A stretch of 64,000 nt of DNA from positions 27,075,623 to 27,139,622 of the forward strand of contig NC_057719.1 in assembly GCF_004010195.1 (NCBI RefSeq). The letters run 5' to 3'. Both the position numbers and the translations under genes were made by a program. Below the pieces are notes generated by a model. It was not told the DNA's origin. It did not search any database and worked only from the letters and a program-made list of their open reading frames with translations. Origin of the DNA: Chiloscyllium plagiosum. Taxonomy: Eukaryota. Positions 51,101-62,792 of the stretch are shown piece after piece; the first letter of the stretch is position 1; every line of letters begins with the position of its first letter.

Positions 51101-51723
51101 CTTAAATTCAGGACAAGTGTGTTGTCATCTCAATCATTCTTTATTTCTCATTCATTTCCAGTTTACATTCAAAAGACTCTGAAAATTAAGTTGATCCCTG
51201 TGTGATAGACTGTGATCCTATGTAATCCTAATCAGCATTACCTCCTGTCACTGTCACCTAAATGGTTGCTGAAAGTACAGAATACCAGCACACATTGATT
51301 TTCCTTTCAATTTTTAAGGTTAGTGAGTGAGGCCTGACAATAGATTTCAGCCATGTATTGGAGTAAGGCTGTAGGAGGACAAGTTTGGATATTGAAGGGA
51401 AAACAGGCAGCTTGGTTAATTTTTATTGCTGACAGAAATGATTCAAGTTGTTAACATCAGTTGTTACATGCAGTACTGAGAAGAGTTTATTTTTGGGGGT
51501 AAGAAGTTGAACCAAAGGCCTTGCTGAATGAATATAAAAGATTCCATGACACTCCTATTTTCTATTTCGAAGAAGAACAGGAGTTCTCCCTGAAAACATA
51601 GTCAACGTATTATTCTTCAATCAAGAACACAAAAATAGATAATCTGATCATTGTAATGTCTGTGTGGTCAGCCCAAAAAGCAGGTGCTTGGCTCAGTATC
51701 TGCTGATGCTTCACAGTGAGTTA
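50740..51723. repeat. 257-bp near-perfect inverted repeat (50740-50996 and 51467-51723), 470-bp spacer
   Basis: By-eye comparison gives only 2 mismatches between the arms. Confidence 0.95.
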
Positions 51724-54700
51724 TTCAGAATTCCAAAATCAGAATTGTCAATGTTCATAATGAAGGACACCAAAATATCAAAGGCTAAGTGAATGCTTTC
51801 TTCAATTTGTTAGTTTTTGCCACAAAGAGAAACCAGCAATTGAATCTGAGAAAGGATAAGCAGTAATTCACAAATATAAAGCACCAAGATTGGTGTCTTT
51901 CTGAGAAAAAAGGTCAGAATAACCAAAGTAACCATATGACAGGGACTTAAAGATTAAAATGATAACTCGTGAGAGTATATCTCAGAATGGCGAAGTGCAC
52001 AAAGCAGAAATTTGCACTGGATTCAATTTGTACTTGATTCGCAGGACTAGGTGTGGTTGCCTAAAGGAAATCAGAGGAATTTCCATGTTTTTTCACTTTA
52101 ATTTGCCTGGATTTTTAACCTTCTTGTTAACGTCTCAGGAGATCACATGGCATTTGGTTGAGTGTCAATTGATCCATGTCTTCCAGCCTTGGATTGTCAA
52201 AGAGCAGACTTACAACCTTGGGATGCAAGTCAGGACCTCACAGGAGTCCCAACACATCGACTCTGTGGGAATTACCCAAGAGGTTTGATTTTCCGATGGA
52301 AAATATCCTTGATACCCTTGACTTCCGAGATAGAATCAGAGACTTTGATGACTCCAATTTACTCACATAGACATTTACCTAGAAAATATTAGGCAGACAA
52401 TTCCTAGTGTAACTCCTGGGTAACTGTTGATCATTGTTTAAGAATATGGGAAATGTTTTTTGACTGAAATAAAGAGTTGCAGAGGAACTAGTGTGAAAGT
52501 TAAATGGCTCTAAAAAGCTATTATTTCAGGATACATTAACTCAAAGTTGAAGGTGAAGAGAAGGAGTGCACTGGATTGAAGATGTATTTTTAAACCTCTA
52601 AAATATGCTTGCTCATGATGATAGATGTTAAAACAATCGGAGACAGGTACAGTAAGATACCTTGCTATTCAGGAAGGAATGCATTTTCTTTTGTTGTAAT
52701 GATAGACTTGAAATAAATTAGCTTAAATGAGTCACTTGGGACTGTGGTTGGTTTACATTCTGGTTTAATATTGATTTATATTTATAATTAACGGCATTCC
52801 CCAAAGTCCCGACATACTTATTTTTCTTCCACGCATTAGCAGAAAGTGAAGTCAGAGGCAAAAGTAGCAATTTGGTATCAACCTACCTGAAAATGTAGAT
52901 GAGAAACTGAACTTGTACCCAAAATAGGAATAAAGCAATCAAAGCAATTGATTCATATACCAAATCAAGTCAGCATAAGAGTGATCGAAATTAGCCAGTG
53001 GATGTCATGAGTGCCTCAGTGCAGGTCAGAGCCTGATGGTCAAATTGGACAAAAATAGTCTCAGTGAACCGGGAGGACAAAGTGGAGAGAGTGAACTTGA
53101 GGAATCAGTATGTTATAGTATTCATGCAAAATTAGAAGGAATTGCAGCTCAACTTCTGACCATTTCCTGAGAAATCTCAGGTACACCCTTCATGAGAGTT
53201 AAATAGACTTCTGAAGGCCGAGTGTACGAGATGTATTTTGCACAGCACAAACTCTGCCCTTTATGAATACATTTTAAACAGAATCCTACAAAGGACATCA
53301 GTTTGTGAATTAACTCACCTGAGACATGTTTCATGTAGGCCTCACAGGACACCAGAAAGTAGCTTGCTTCCAAATTGTCAGCTGATGTACTTATGAGAGA
53401 GAGAATGAATATCCTTTTGGAATGATTGGAAGTATGTGATGTATGTTGTATGATACAAATGACATTCTGGTCGTTCCAAAATCAATTCTAAGATTGGAAA
53501 CAACAGATTGGATAATTTCTTCCCCATTACACCTATTTAAATAAGAAAATTGAATATTTGTTCAAAAATTATACTGCTTTTTGAGTAAAAGCTGAATAAA
53601 AATTATTTGGATTGGACAACTGAACAAGCACTGTTCCATTAAATATTTTTCCACTTGCCTTAAGGATTTGTGAAGGCCATTTCAAAAGTGTCAACTCAAA
53701 GCCAACGAGGATTCACTTGTATCCAAAGCATTTTTTCTCAACAGAATCATCTAGCCCCCTATTGTCCTGGTTAGCCAGTTCAAAAGAATGTGCCTTATTT
53801 TGAAGTTTCAAAGTAGAAATTAATATGTTAATTAGTACTATCACAAATAATAACCATGGAGCTTGTTTAATGTTCCTACATGAAAAAAAGATCACCAGCA
53901 GCACTCCACAGGACTGTTTGTCTCTTCAAAAGGAATCAAATATCAGGTCTTAAATTAATATAATTAGCTAACTCCTTCCAAAGGGAACCTTTGCTTATTC
54001 ATTCACAGCTAACAAATCTGTGCATCTCCAATTTTGTTTCCATGATCTTAATCATTTGATGTCAGCACTTAAATAGGTTCTCAGTGGCATAGCAGGTCAC
54101 AAAGTAGAGTATGATTTTAACTGGATTGCAAATCAGGCAATTTCTGTAATCTGAATCTGATCTGCGGCATTGATTTTACAGCTGGATAGCAGGTAAATAT
54201 CTACCAATGTATTTGTAAATGTGGCACGAATGTGTGAAAACATATAATGACTGAATGTTTACTTTCTCATTAACATGACTTGTTCATGAAATTAGAACTT
54301 AAGATATTTCATACTGCTTCTACTGTCTTCAGAGGATTTATTGATGTTAAATTTAAGAATGTATTATGGGCCAATATGCTTCCAGATGCAAAAAAAAACC
54401 CTGAGAAGTTGGAATACACTTTGTTAGTTTGACATTCTATCTGAAGAGAAAGATGTTTGTGGTGCAGTGGCAGTGTCCAAACCTCTGAACCAGGAGGCCT
54501 GTGTTCAAGTTTCACATACTCCAGAGATGTGTATTACAAAAATAGCTTATTATACCATCCTAATTATGAAAATTAAACAAAGCAAACAATCTATTTCTAC
54601 CTGAAACACAGATGTCTTGCTGAGGAAAATAGAAAATAGGAGCCAAAGTAGATCATTTGACACCTGAAGCCAGTTCCACCATTCGTTATGATCATGGCTG

Positions 54701-55892
54701 ATCACCAAGCTCAATGTCCTAATCCTGCCCCCACCCACCAAACTTGTCTGCTATTCTGCCGACACCACATTTGCTTGAGGAGTCAGTAGGTCCAACACAA
54801 TCCAGATCCACCTCCTTGGAGTGAAAATACTGTGTGGGGCCACTGATGTGGAGATGAAACTGTCAGCACAAGAAATTTTCCAATTCATATCTTTTAAACT
54901 GAGTAGCAAAACATCTAGCCCCACGTAACTGTCTCCAGAAAACCATGAAGATCTGAGATGTCACCTAGGTTCTGAAATGTGTCAATATGTTGGACTTCCT
55001 TGGAGTCTAGTAGAATTTTATGCTTTGGGAAGGCCGAGATGAACAATCCAACAGTTCTGTACTTGGGAAGACCAAACCAAAATATTCCAATGAAAGAATA
55101 TCCTCATCCAAGATGGGTTTGTGCTGTGGAAGTATTTAAACACATGGGAGGGTGACAAGTTGGGACCCCATCACCTTCCTGCCTCTGCCCTGATGGATCC
55201 TGGGTCTGTGATCTGCCCTCCTATCCAGTTGCCAATTAAGAAACTGAAGTGGGCAATTAATGTGTTCACTCAACAGTGGATGGTGGACTTACCATGCAGG
55301 AAGCCCAAAAGGCAAAACCTGCTTAGGGTTGCTTGCTGGATTCAGAGAAAGAAGGGGAGAGATTTTATTCAAAGACATTCGGTGCCTGATTGAGGAACCC
55401 AGAATCACCAAGAGAGAGGCACCCTGAGAGCCAGCTTCCAGCCCTTGCTACCCGATCCCCCTCTCACACTGCCCCATATCAGAATTGCCCTTCCACTTTC
55501 ACTCACCTGCACCCAGGATCCCATGGCAACCTCCATGACTCTGGTCATAGAGTCTGAATTTCACACTCAGCGTCCTTCATTTCTCCTGTAAGGCCTTCTT
55601 CTGCCAAGTACTTAGTAGGGCAGGCTTTCACCAACAGGGGTCAAGGAGACGCAGCAACATTAAATGCCACCCTTTGTATTGATCTAAAACTTTATCTCCC
55701 TCCTAAGCATATGTCCATTTATATTCATCCCATGGAAAAACCTGTGAATGGTATTATAAGCTGCTTCATTTGGTGCATACATATCACAATAGGAAAAACG
55801 TCCTAAAAATTGTGTTGTGTGTATCACAAAAGTGAAACTATTTGGACAAGCTGAATACTGCAAAGGAACCAAATAAGATCAGTTAAATCATG

Positions 55893-56247
55893 AGGGGGAG
55901 GCAATGGCCAAGTGGTATTATCACTGGACTGTTACTCCACAGAGTTCTGGGGAGCTGGGTTCTAATCCCACTATGGCAAATGGTGGAATTTGAATTCAAT
56001 AAAAATAGTCTGTAATTAAGAGTCTAATGATGACCATGAATCCATTGTTGATTGTTGTAAAAACCTGTCTCGTTCACTAATGTCCTTTCAGGGAAGGGGA
56101 CTGCCATCCTTATCCGGTCTGGACTACATGTGACTCCAGACCTACAGTAAATGCAGTTGACTCTCAACTGTCCTTTGGGCAATAAAGAATGGGCAATAAA
56201 TGCTGGCCCAGCCAGTGATGCCCTCATCCTGTGAATGAATTTAAAAA
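55893..56247 (+). mobile_element. Complete tRNA-headed SINE (second family)
   Basis: A-box-like tggccaagtgg, B-box-like ggttctaatcc; 3' end gggcaataaatgctggcccagccag shared with the second LINE family. Confidence 0.8.
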
Positions 56248-56448
56248 CGTAGTGATCTATTCCAAGGTGGAAGAAATGAAGATCTGGGGCTGGATTTTCA
56301 ATCGTGAGAGGGAAACATTGGAAATTTCCAGGCTCAATGTATCTGCTGTAGGAATAAATGCCATGATCAGTTGCAATTTTCACACAATGAGAATAGAAGT
56401 GGGATGGAATCGGGTGCATAATCTCTGAAAACAGATTGAAGGTGTCAT

Positions 56449-56772
56449 TGGAGTGACGGTGGCACAGTGGTTAGCACTGCTGCCTCACAGCGCCAGAGAC
56501 CCGAGTTCATTTCCCGCCTCAGGCGACTCTCTGTGTGGAGTTTGCACGTTCTCCTTGTGTCTGCGTGGGTTTCCTCCGGGTGTTCCGGTTTCCTCCCACA
56601 GTCCAAAAATGTGCAGGTTAGGTGAATTAGCCATGCTAAATTGCCCGTAGCGTTAGGTGAAGGGGTAAATGTAGGGGAATGGGTCTGGGTGGGTTGCGCT
56701 TCAGCGGGTCGGTGTGGACTTGTTGGGCCGAAGGGCCTGTTTCCACACCGTAAGTAATCTAATCTAATCTAA
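56449..56772 (+). mobile_element. Young HE1-type V-SINE
   Basis: ggtggcacagtggttagcactgctgcc...gggccgaagggcctgtttccacaccgtaagtaatctaatctaatctaa. Confidence 0.93.
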
Positions 56773-57425
56773 CCGGGTGCCAGGATGGGCTGTTCAAAAG
56801 GAGTTGTTTTTCTTTCGTATGAGGTCACCAAGTCGACCACCCCCCCCACTCACCTCACAAGCGCCCACTTACCCCCCTTAATGGCTGTCACACCCTCCAT
56901 GCAAATTCTTGCCTCCATCACCCACACCAATAGTCCCTTCTATCTCCCCACATGTCAAGTCATACCAACCCATATCCCAACTCACTATCCTTTGACCCCT
57001 CACACCAGTGCTTCCCAAACTCTTCCCAATGTGATCCTGTTTTCATGCCACAGACTTCATGTGACCCCCCCAGAAAAAAGATTGATAGGAATGAGATCTG
57101 TTGAATGGTGTATGGAGTCTGCAGGTCCTGTCCAAACGAAGGGAGAGAGATTAGAATTGCTAGAAAGATAAGGTTTCTACAAAAGAAAACAAGCACTTAA
57201 CTTTTCATGTACTTTTGTTGGAAAAGCAACTAGACCTCAGGCAGTAATCCATTGAAGCTCTGCGTTACACCCTCAAAGCTAATTCACCCATTGGCAGAAC
57301 TCAGGAACCACCTGAGATAAAATAAAACAAAGGTCTAACTATTTATTGAAGCTTTCACTTTAATAGAAAGACATCATCACAAAAGCCCATTCAAAATATT
57401 AAAAGCTCCTCATGTACTTAATCAT

Positions 57426-57900
57426 TGATAAAAAAACAAACAAACCTGTATTCATAATTGTCAAAGCTTTTTGTCTTGTGTTCATCAGGACAGACACAAG
57501 AATGCCATCTTTCACAGGGATCAATAATTTATTCTGCATGAGAAAAAGTTGCTAACTGGTTGGAAAGTGGACTCTGGCTGGTTAAGGCATTGCCACAGAA
57601 AATGTATAAAGATGGCTACTCCAAAGCTTTGCTTACATTAAGAAAAGCACAATGTCTCTGACTGGTTGAGACATTTCATGGGGATTGCACCAGAGGACAA
57701 AGACCCCTAAGCTTTTGTTTAATTGTAAAAGTGAAATGCCTGGAGATTTTTTTTTGTGCCAAGGATAGATTCCTCCATGTGTCTCTATGTAGCTTCTTTC
57801 AAATACAGGTGAGTCATATTGTAAGCTTGACAGATAATCTTAAGTTAATTATTAATATAATTCTTGGCAAACTTGGGATTGTTGAGTGGTGTTGTTGAAC
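57426..57900 (-). repeat. HHR family C repeat copy
   Basis: Minus strand TGTC-CTGATGA-ACACAAGAC-AAAA-AGCT-TT-GACA at 57459-57492; adjacent sequence homologous to 7590-7720 and 58600-58760; far boundary approximate. Confidence 0.6.
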
Positions 57901-58600
57901 ACTAGACAACATAACACCAAGGCAGATAATAAATTGTTGCTTGAGTTGTTACTAACAAACATCAAGGTAAAATAGATGAAGCATGTCTCCATTTTACAGG
58001 GTTATACGTAAGCCTCCATTAGCTTTACAAAAATCAGTGTTTTCTGTAATATTTACATTTGTTAAGTAAAAATAAAAGAGTCTATAGGTAGAATTCACAT
58101 TAGAGGGGAAACCATTCTGTCTGAAAGTGGTCCTTTGTGAGAAAAATCCACAATAGATTCCATTAACATGCACCATCCTAAAGCCTTGTACTTTACATTG
58201 TGAATGCTTATCCAAACCAATTATCTCAAGTACTCATCTATATTAGGAATTGCAGTAAAATTAATTAGAAATTATTAAGGATTTTCATGTACTTTAAATA
58301 TATCTGATATTTTGCTTTCACTCAATAAACTTTAAAATGCTGTGCAGCAAATAACTATGATATAAAAGCAAAAGGTGCTGGACATGCACAGCAGTAAAAC
58401 AATGGGAGTAAATACATTTCCAACAATTTGAATGAGACTCACCCTCAGAATGTAGATGCTGATAGCATTTTGTATTTTCTTAGTATTTTCAATTTTCACT
58501 TCAGGAATGATGTCCAACATTCAGTTTTTCAAGAATAGTGGTTAAAATGTTAAAGAATAACCTTAGTTTATGAATGTTTCATTAATTATTGAAAAAAAAC

Positions 58601-58642
58601 ATTTTGTCAATGCTTTTCATCTTGCACTCATCAGGACAAAAT
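58601..58642 (-). ncRNA. Minimal hammerhead ribozyme motif, family C (within a repeat copy at ~58588-58900)
   Basis: Minus strand ATTTTGTC-CTGATGA-GTGCAAGAT-GAAA-AGCA-TT-GACAAAAT: perfect 8-bp helix I closing intact CUGAUGA and GAAA boxes. Confidence 0.68.
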
Positions 58643-60412
58643 TCATAAGAAATACCAATGTAAAGGAAACACAACATTTGTACAGCATGAGATGGGAATG
58701 CTGATTTGTTGGCAAGTGCATTCTGTTTGGTAAATATGTCCCCATAAGGAATGAACCAGTTAGATGATGACTGACAGTTAATTGTCAAACTTTGTTTACA
58801 TTTTAAACGTGGTGTGTTCTTTGATACCGATTGGTAAAGGCATTTTCCAGAGGAATGAACCTGAGAATGTTTGTTACCTATTTTATTAAGTTGAAACAGT
58901 TGGAATGTGTGAGCATGTTTTTGTGCCTGAAAAGAACATCATCCTGTGTATTAATGTTTACGCATAAGTGCATCTTACTGCATGCCCAACCAACTGTCAC
59001 AAATTGGATGCCAGCAAAATAATTTGAGTGCAAGGCGAAAGACAATGACAAAATGTGTATTCTTTTTTCCAACGATACCCAAGTTCTGTAGTACCAAATG
59101 ACAATTTTTTTTTCCCAATGTTTATAGTGAGGTCTGACATTAATTGCCATATTTGAGGTATCAATAGTTACATGATCGATAACTACACTATTACTATCCA
59201 TACTTTTCTGTATAAAATTTACAACTAATAAATATTTTAGTTGGCTCTGATTTCTCCTACTATTCTGTTCCAGAACTCAGTCATGCCTTGCTAAGCCGCA
59301 AGAGATATTAAAGTAACTAAAGGCAGAAGCAACTAATTGTGGTACTTGATGCATAATTTTAACAAAGCTTTTGATAGTTGATAGAAATGAAACTTAAATT
59401 CCCCTGAAGCTATTTAAATCTCCCCCAAAGAATGAATTTAATTAATTAGCCTCTGGGTTCAGATTTGTCCATTATAAAAGATATATTAATATTGTCTTTT
59501 GTCGGAGATCTGGTGCATGCATATATTCCACATTGTACAGTGTTCTAAAATGACTTGCACATCAAATTAAATTCTTGGCAGAATCATTGGCTTGCTACAT
59601 TATTTCATTAAACATCTGACTAAGTTTAGCAGCCACCCCTATTGAATTTGTAGCTTGTCTTTTGTTCAACATTTCATTCAAGATATCCAGGCAGGACTGT
59701 CATCTTTGTACATGAATCTCTTGATGTTACAAGGCAGTACTTGTGAATTTTTTTTTTACTGTGACCCAATTTTGAGGCTTGACAATTGACATGATACCCC
59801 GAGGAGAACCAGGTCCTGTTAGAGTGGGAATACCATCATTCTAACCGGTCACAGCTCCACAGTAGTCATTTCTGTCTCAGGGCTTGTGACCCCAACCTTT
59901 CAGCTCATGACCCTGCTTAGGTTCCAAAACTCCATTTCAGGAAGCCCTGATGTAAATATTTTTCCATCAATCAAGTATCAACATTACATTCCTAAGTGGA
60001 GTGCATATTGGCTCTCAAACTGCATAACGTAGGGCAGTAAATATAGTTTGCCTTTACTTATTTTACTGACTCCAGTGTGAATTGCCTTTTACCAGCAAAA
60101 TGTATCCACTGGGTAATACATAATAGAACACAGAGAAAATCAGAGTTCACATACATTATACATGTTTTTATATTGAGAAAATATATTTAAAATAGAGCTA
60201 GCTCACCTTTGATACCAGCCGGCGCAGCAGTAACTTCTAATGATTTGGGACCTGTAGTTCTAGATTATATTTTCAAACAATTGCTTTCTTTTTCTGCTGT
60301 GTACAAACCTGTCATAATCTTTCCAGCTTCTCAAACCTAACCTTGTAGCTAAATTCACTCATCCCTGCAGCAATTCTGGTAAGTCTCCTCCAAGACCCTC
60401 ACATCCCTCCTA

Positions 60413-60643
60413 AGGAGAAAGTGAGGAGTGCAGATGCTGGGGATCAAAGGGAAAGAGTGTGGTGTTGGAAAAGCACAGCCAGTCAGTCAGCATCTGAGGA
60501 GCAGGAGAATTGATGTTTCAGGCATAAACCCTTCATCAAGAATGAGCCTCATTCCTGATGAAGGGCTTATGCCTGAAACATCGATTCTCCTGTTCCTCAG
60601 ATGCTGCCTGACTGAATGTGATTTTCCAGCACCACAGTCTTTA
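60413..60643. mobile_element. Fold-back pLTR-only insertion (family A) with HHRs back-to-back at the apex
   Basis: Arms ~60459-60546 and 60548-60635 with a 1-nt loop at 60547; probable 12-bp TSD acatccctccta (60401-60412) / atatccttccta (60644-60655). Confidence 0.85.
60552..60584 (+). ncRNA. Minimal hammerhead ribozyme motif, family A, intact core boxes
   Basis: TTC-CTGATGA-A-GGGC-TTAT-GCCT-GAAA-C-ATC-GA. Confidence 0.68.
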
Positions 60644-61127
60644 ATATCCTTCCTATGACATGGCATCCAGAACTGGATGCAATATTAAAGTTGAGATTGA
60701 ATCAAAGTTTTGTAAAAGGGCCCATTTTTGTGTTCAGTTTGTTAAAGACTTTCTCAATATGTCATGCCACCTTCAAAAATCTGCTCACGTACTATGCATA
60801 GGTCTCTCTGTTCCTGCATACTCTTCAGAATGACGTAATATTTCTATATTGCCTGTCCCTGTCTGTTCTGCCGAAATGCATCATCTCTCAATTCTTTGTA
60901 TTATGCTTCATCTGCCACTTGTCTGTGCATTCTGCTAACCTGACGACATTCTGTTGCAGATGATTTACTCACTGTTTGCCTTTACTACAGGTTTGGTATT
61001 CTTGGCTGAATTTGAAATTATACTCTGGATGCCAATGTCAAAGTAATTTATATATAACAACAAAACAAAATAGTGGCCCTAACATTGACCCTTAGGGAAC
61101 ATTACTATCTACCACTATGCACTCTGA

Positions 61128-61319
61128 AGATAGTGAGGACTGCAGATGCTGGAGAGTTGGAGTCGATAAAGTGTGGGGCTGGAAAAGGTACAGCAGATCA
61201 AGCAGCATCAGAACAGCAGGAGAGATGAGGACTGGTGAAGAGTCCTGCTCGAAATGTTGACTCTTCTGCTCTTCGGTTGCTGTGTGACCTGGTGTGTTTT
61301 TTCCAGCGACACACTTTAT
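61128..61319. mobile_element. Fold-back pLTR-only insertion (family A, older)
   Basis: gataaagtgtggggctggaaaa...gcaggagag inverted relative to ctcttctgc...ttttccagcgacacactttatc; 16-bp TSD ccacta(t/c)gcactctga at 61112-61127 and 61320-61335; degenerate HHR at ~61232-61260. Confidence 0.8.
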
Positions 61320-62792
61320 CCACTACGCACTCTGATCAAGACTTGCTATTTTCTGCCTTTAACCAGTATTTCATCCAGCTGATACTGAATCTCCTATTTC
61401 ACGAGCCTCAATTTTGTTAAAGAACCTTTTATGTGGCATTTTGTCAAGTGCTTCCTCAAAATCCATATTTACAACAGGTAGTATTTCCTTTATCACCTTC
61501 TCTGTTCCTTCACCAAAAAATTCAGTTTCCACAGTTTAATTACATTGTGTATTATATTTTGGGTTCAGCTATTTGGAGGTGATACAAACCTGCAGACACT
61601 GATATTTTATGTTTTATATCAGTCACAAAGGAATCATTAATATAGCATTGGATGAAGGTATCTGAGGATAATTAAAAGTAAGCTCAGTAATCTTCCCATA
61701 GATTATACGACTACCTTGCTGGTGTCTTCAACTTGTTATTCGATTTAGACCTAATATTTAAGCTTAAAGGCTTCGGATAGAATTTTACTTTCCCTGGTAT
61801 GGCATAAATAATTGTGAAAGAACAAAAGATAATGGAGCGGAATGAGGCCCATCGAGTCTGCTCCACCATTCGATCAAGGCTGATCATAGTCAGGAGAGAA
61901 TGAGAAAATCATAATCTCAACATCAAGAAAAATGTTTGCAATTTTCTCCTCATGCCTTGATGATGATCTTGCCAGGGGTTGCAATGACCATATTTCCATG
62001 CATTTGCATTTTCATGCGTCATTAAAGCCCCCAAATTGCCTTATTTAATCGTCACTTCCAATTCCAATTCTCCTCTGTTTCCCTGAGAAACTAGACCGAC
62101 AAAATTCCCAACATATAGATCAAAGCAGGTACCCATGACTGCTGCTCAGCAAATACTTATCCTGGCCATTATCCAAATGCTTCCTCGCAACAATGTCTCT
62201 TTATCCCATGGGCACCATCTTCCTCAAGCTTTCACCGACATAAGGTGGCTTCAGCAGAACACCAGCCTCAACACACCATCATGCCTGTTCTCTGATCAAC
62301 TCAAGCACTTCTTCACCCCTTCAGTTCTTTACTTTGGCATCAGGGACACCTGGGATTTGCATGTTTTTGCCAAGCTGTTTTGTACGCAGGGACACATGCA
62401 TCTTGGGCATTAACAGGATGCATCTTTTGACATCTACTTTCCTTGCAGACACTCTCTGACCTCAGCGGTGATTTACAGCATCTGTGGGTGTCACATTGCT
62501 TTCTTAGCACATAGAGTCTTCAGTGTTCAGTTACAGGCTGTCAGTCTCTGGGCTTGCGTTGGTTCTTTTAGCACAGAGCGAGAGACAGGCGCTTGGTTAC
62601 TGTGAGGAGTACTGAACAGTGAATATATTGCTGTACTGCACTGTGCTACACCAATATTAAACCAGCAGTACTTGCCAGCAGTTGTCAATACACTGTATAT
62701 GCCTCAAACAAATGGCCGTGCACTGAAATCAAAGGAGAACATTCCTTAATAGTGGACTCCAGTCAGGAAGTGGGCACTGCCGCAGTTAGTCA

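Larger units (their letters stand above)
60300..61510 (-). mobile_element. Old CR1 fragment hosting two fold-back insertions
   Basis: Reverse-complement CR1 RT signatures (ccagaactggatgcaatatt; ggccctaacattgacccttagggaac; ttttgtcaagtgcttcctcaaaatccatat). Confidence 0.65.

Noticed and set aside
50740..51723. Reading the 257-bp inverted repeat as the TIRs of a DNA transposon
   Set aside because: The left arm is an internal slice of pre-existing nested SINE sequence, and no TSD is evident at the outer ends.
56455..56525. tRNA-like A/B-box sequence (also other SINE heads and 54455-54520)
   Set aside because: These are SINE heads, not tRNA genes. At 56455 the sequence runs directly into the SINE body; 54455 is an isolated, degenerate head.
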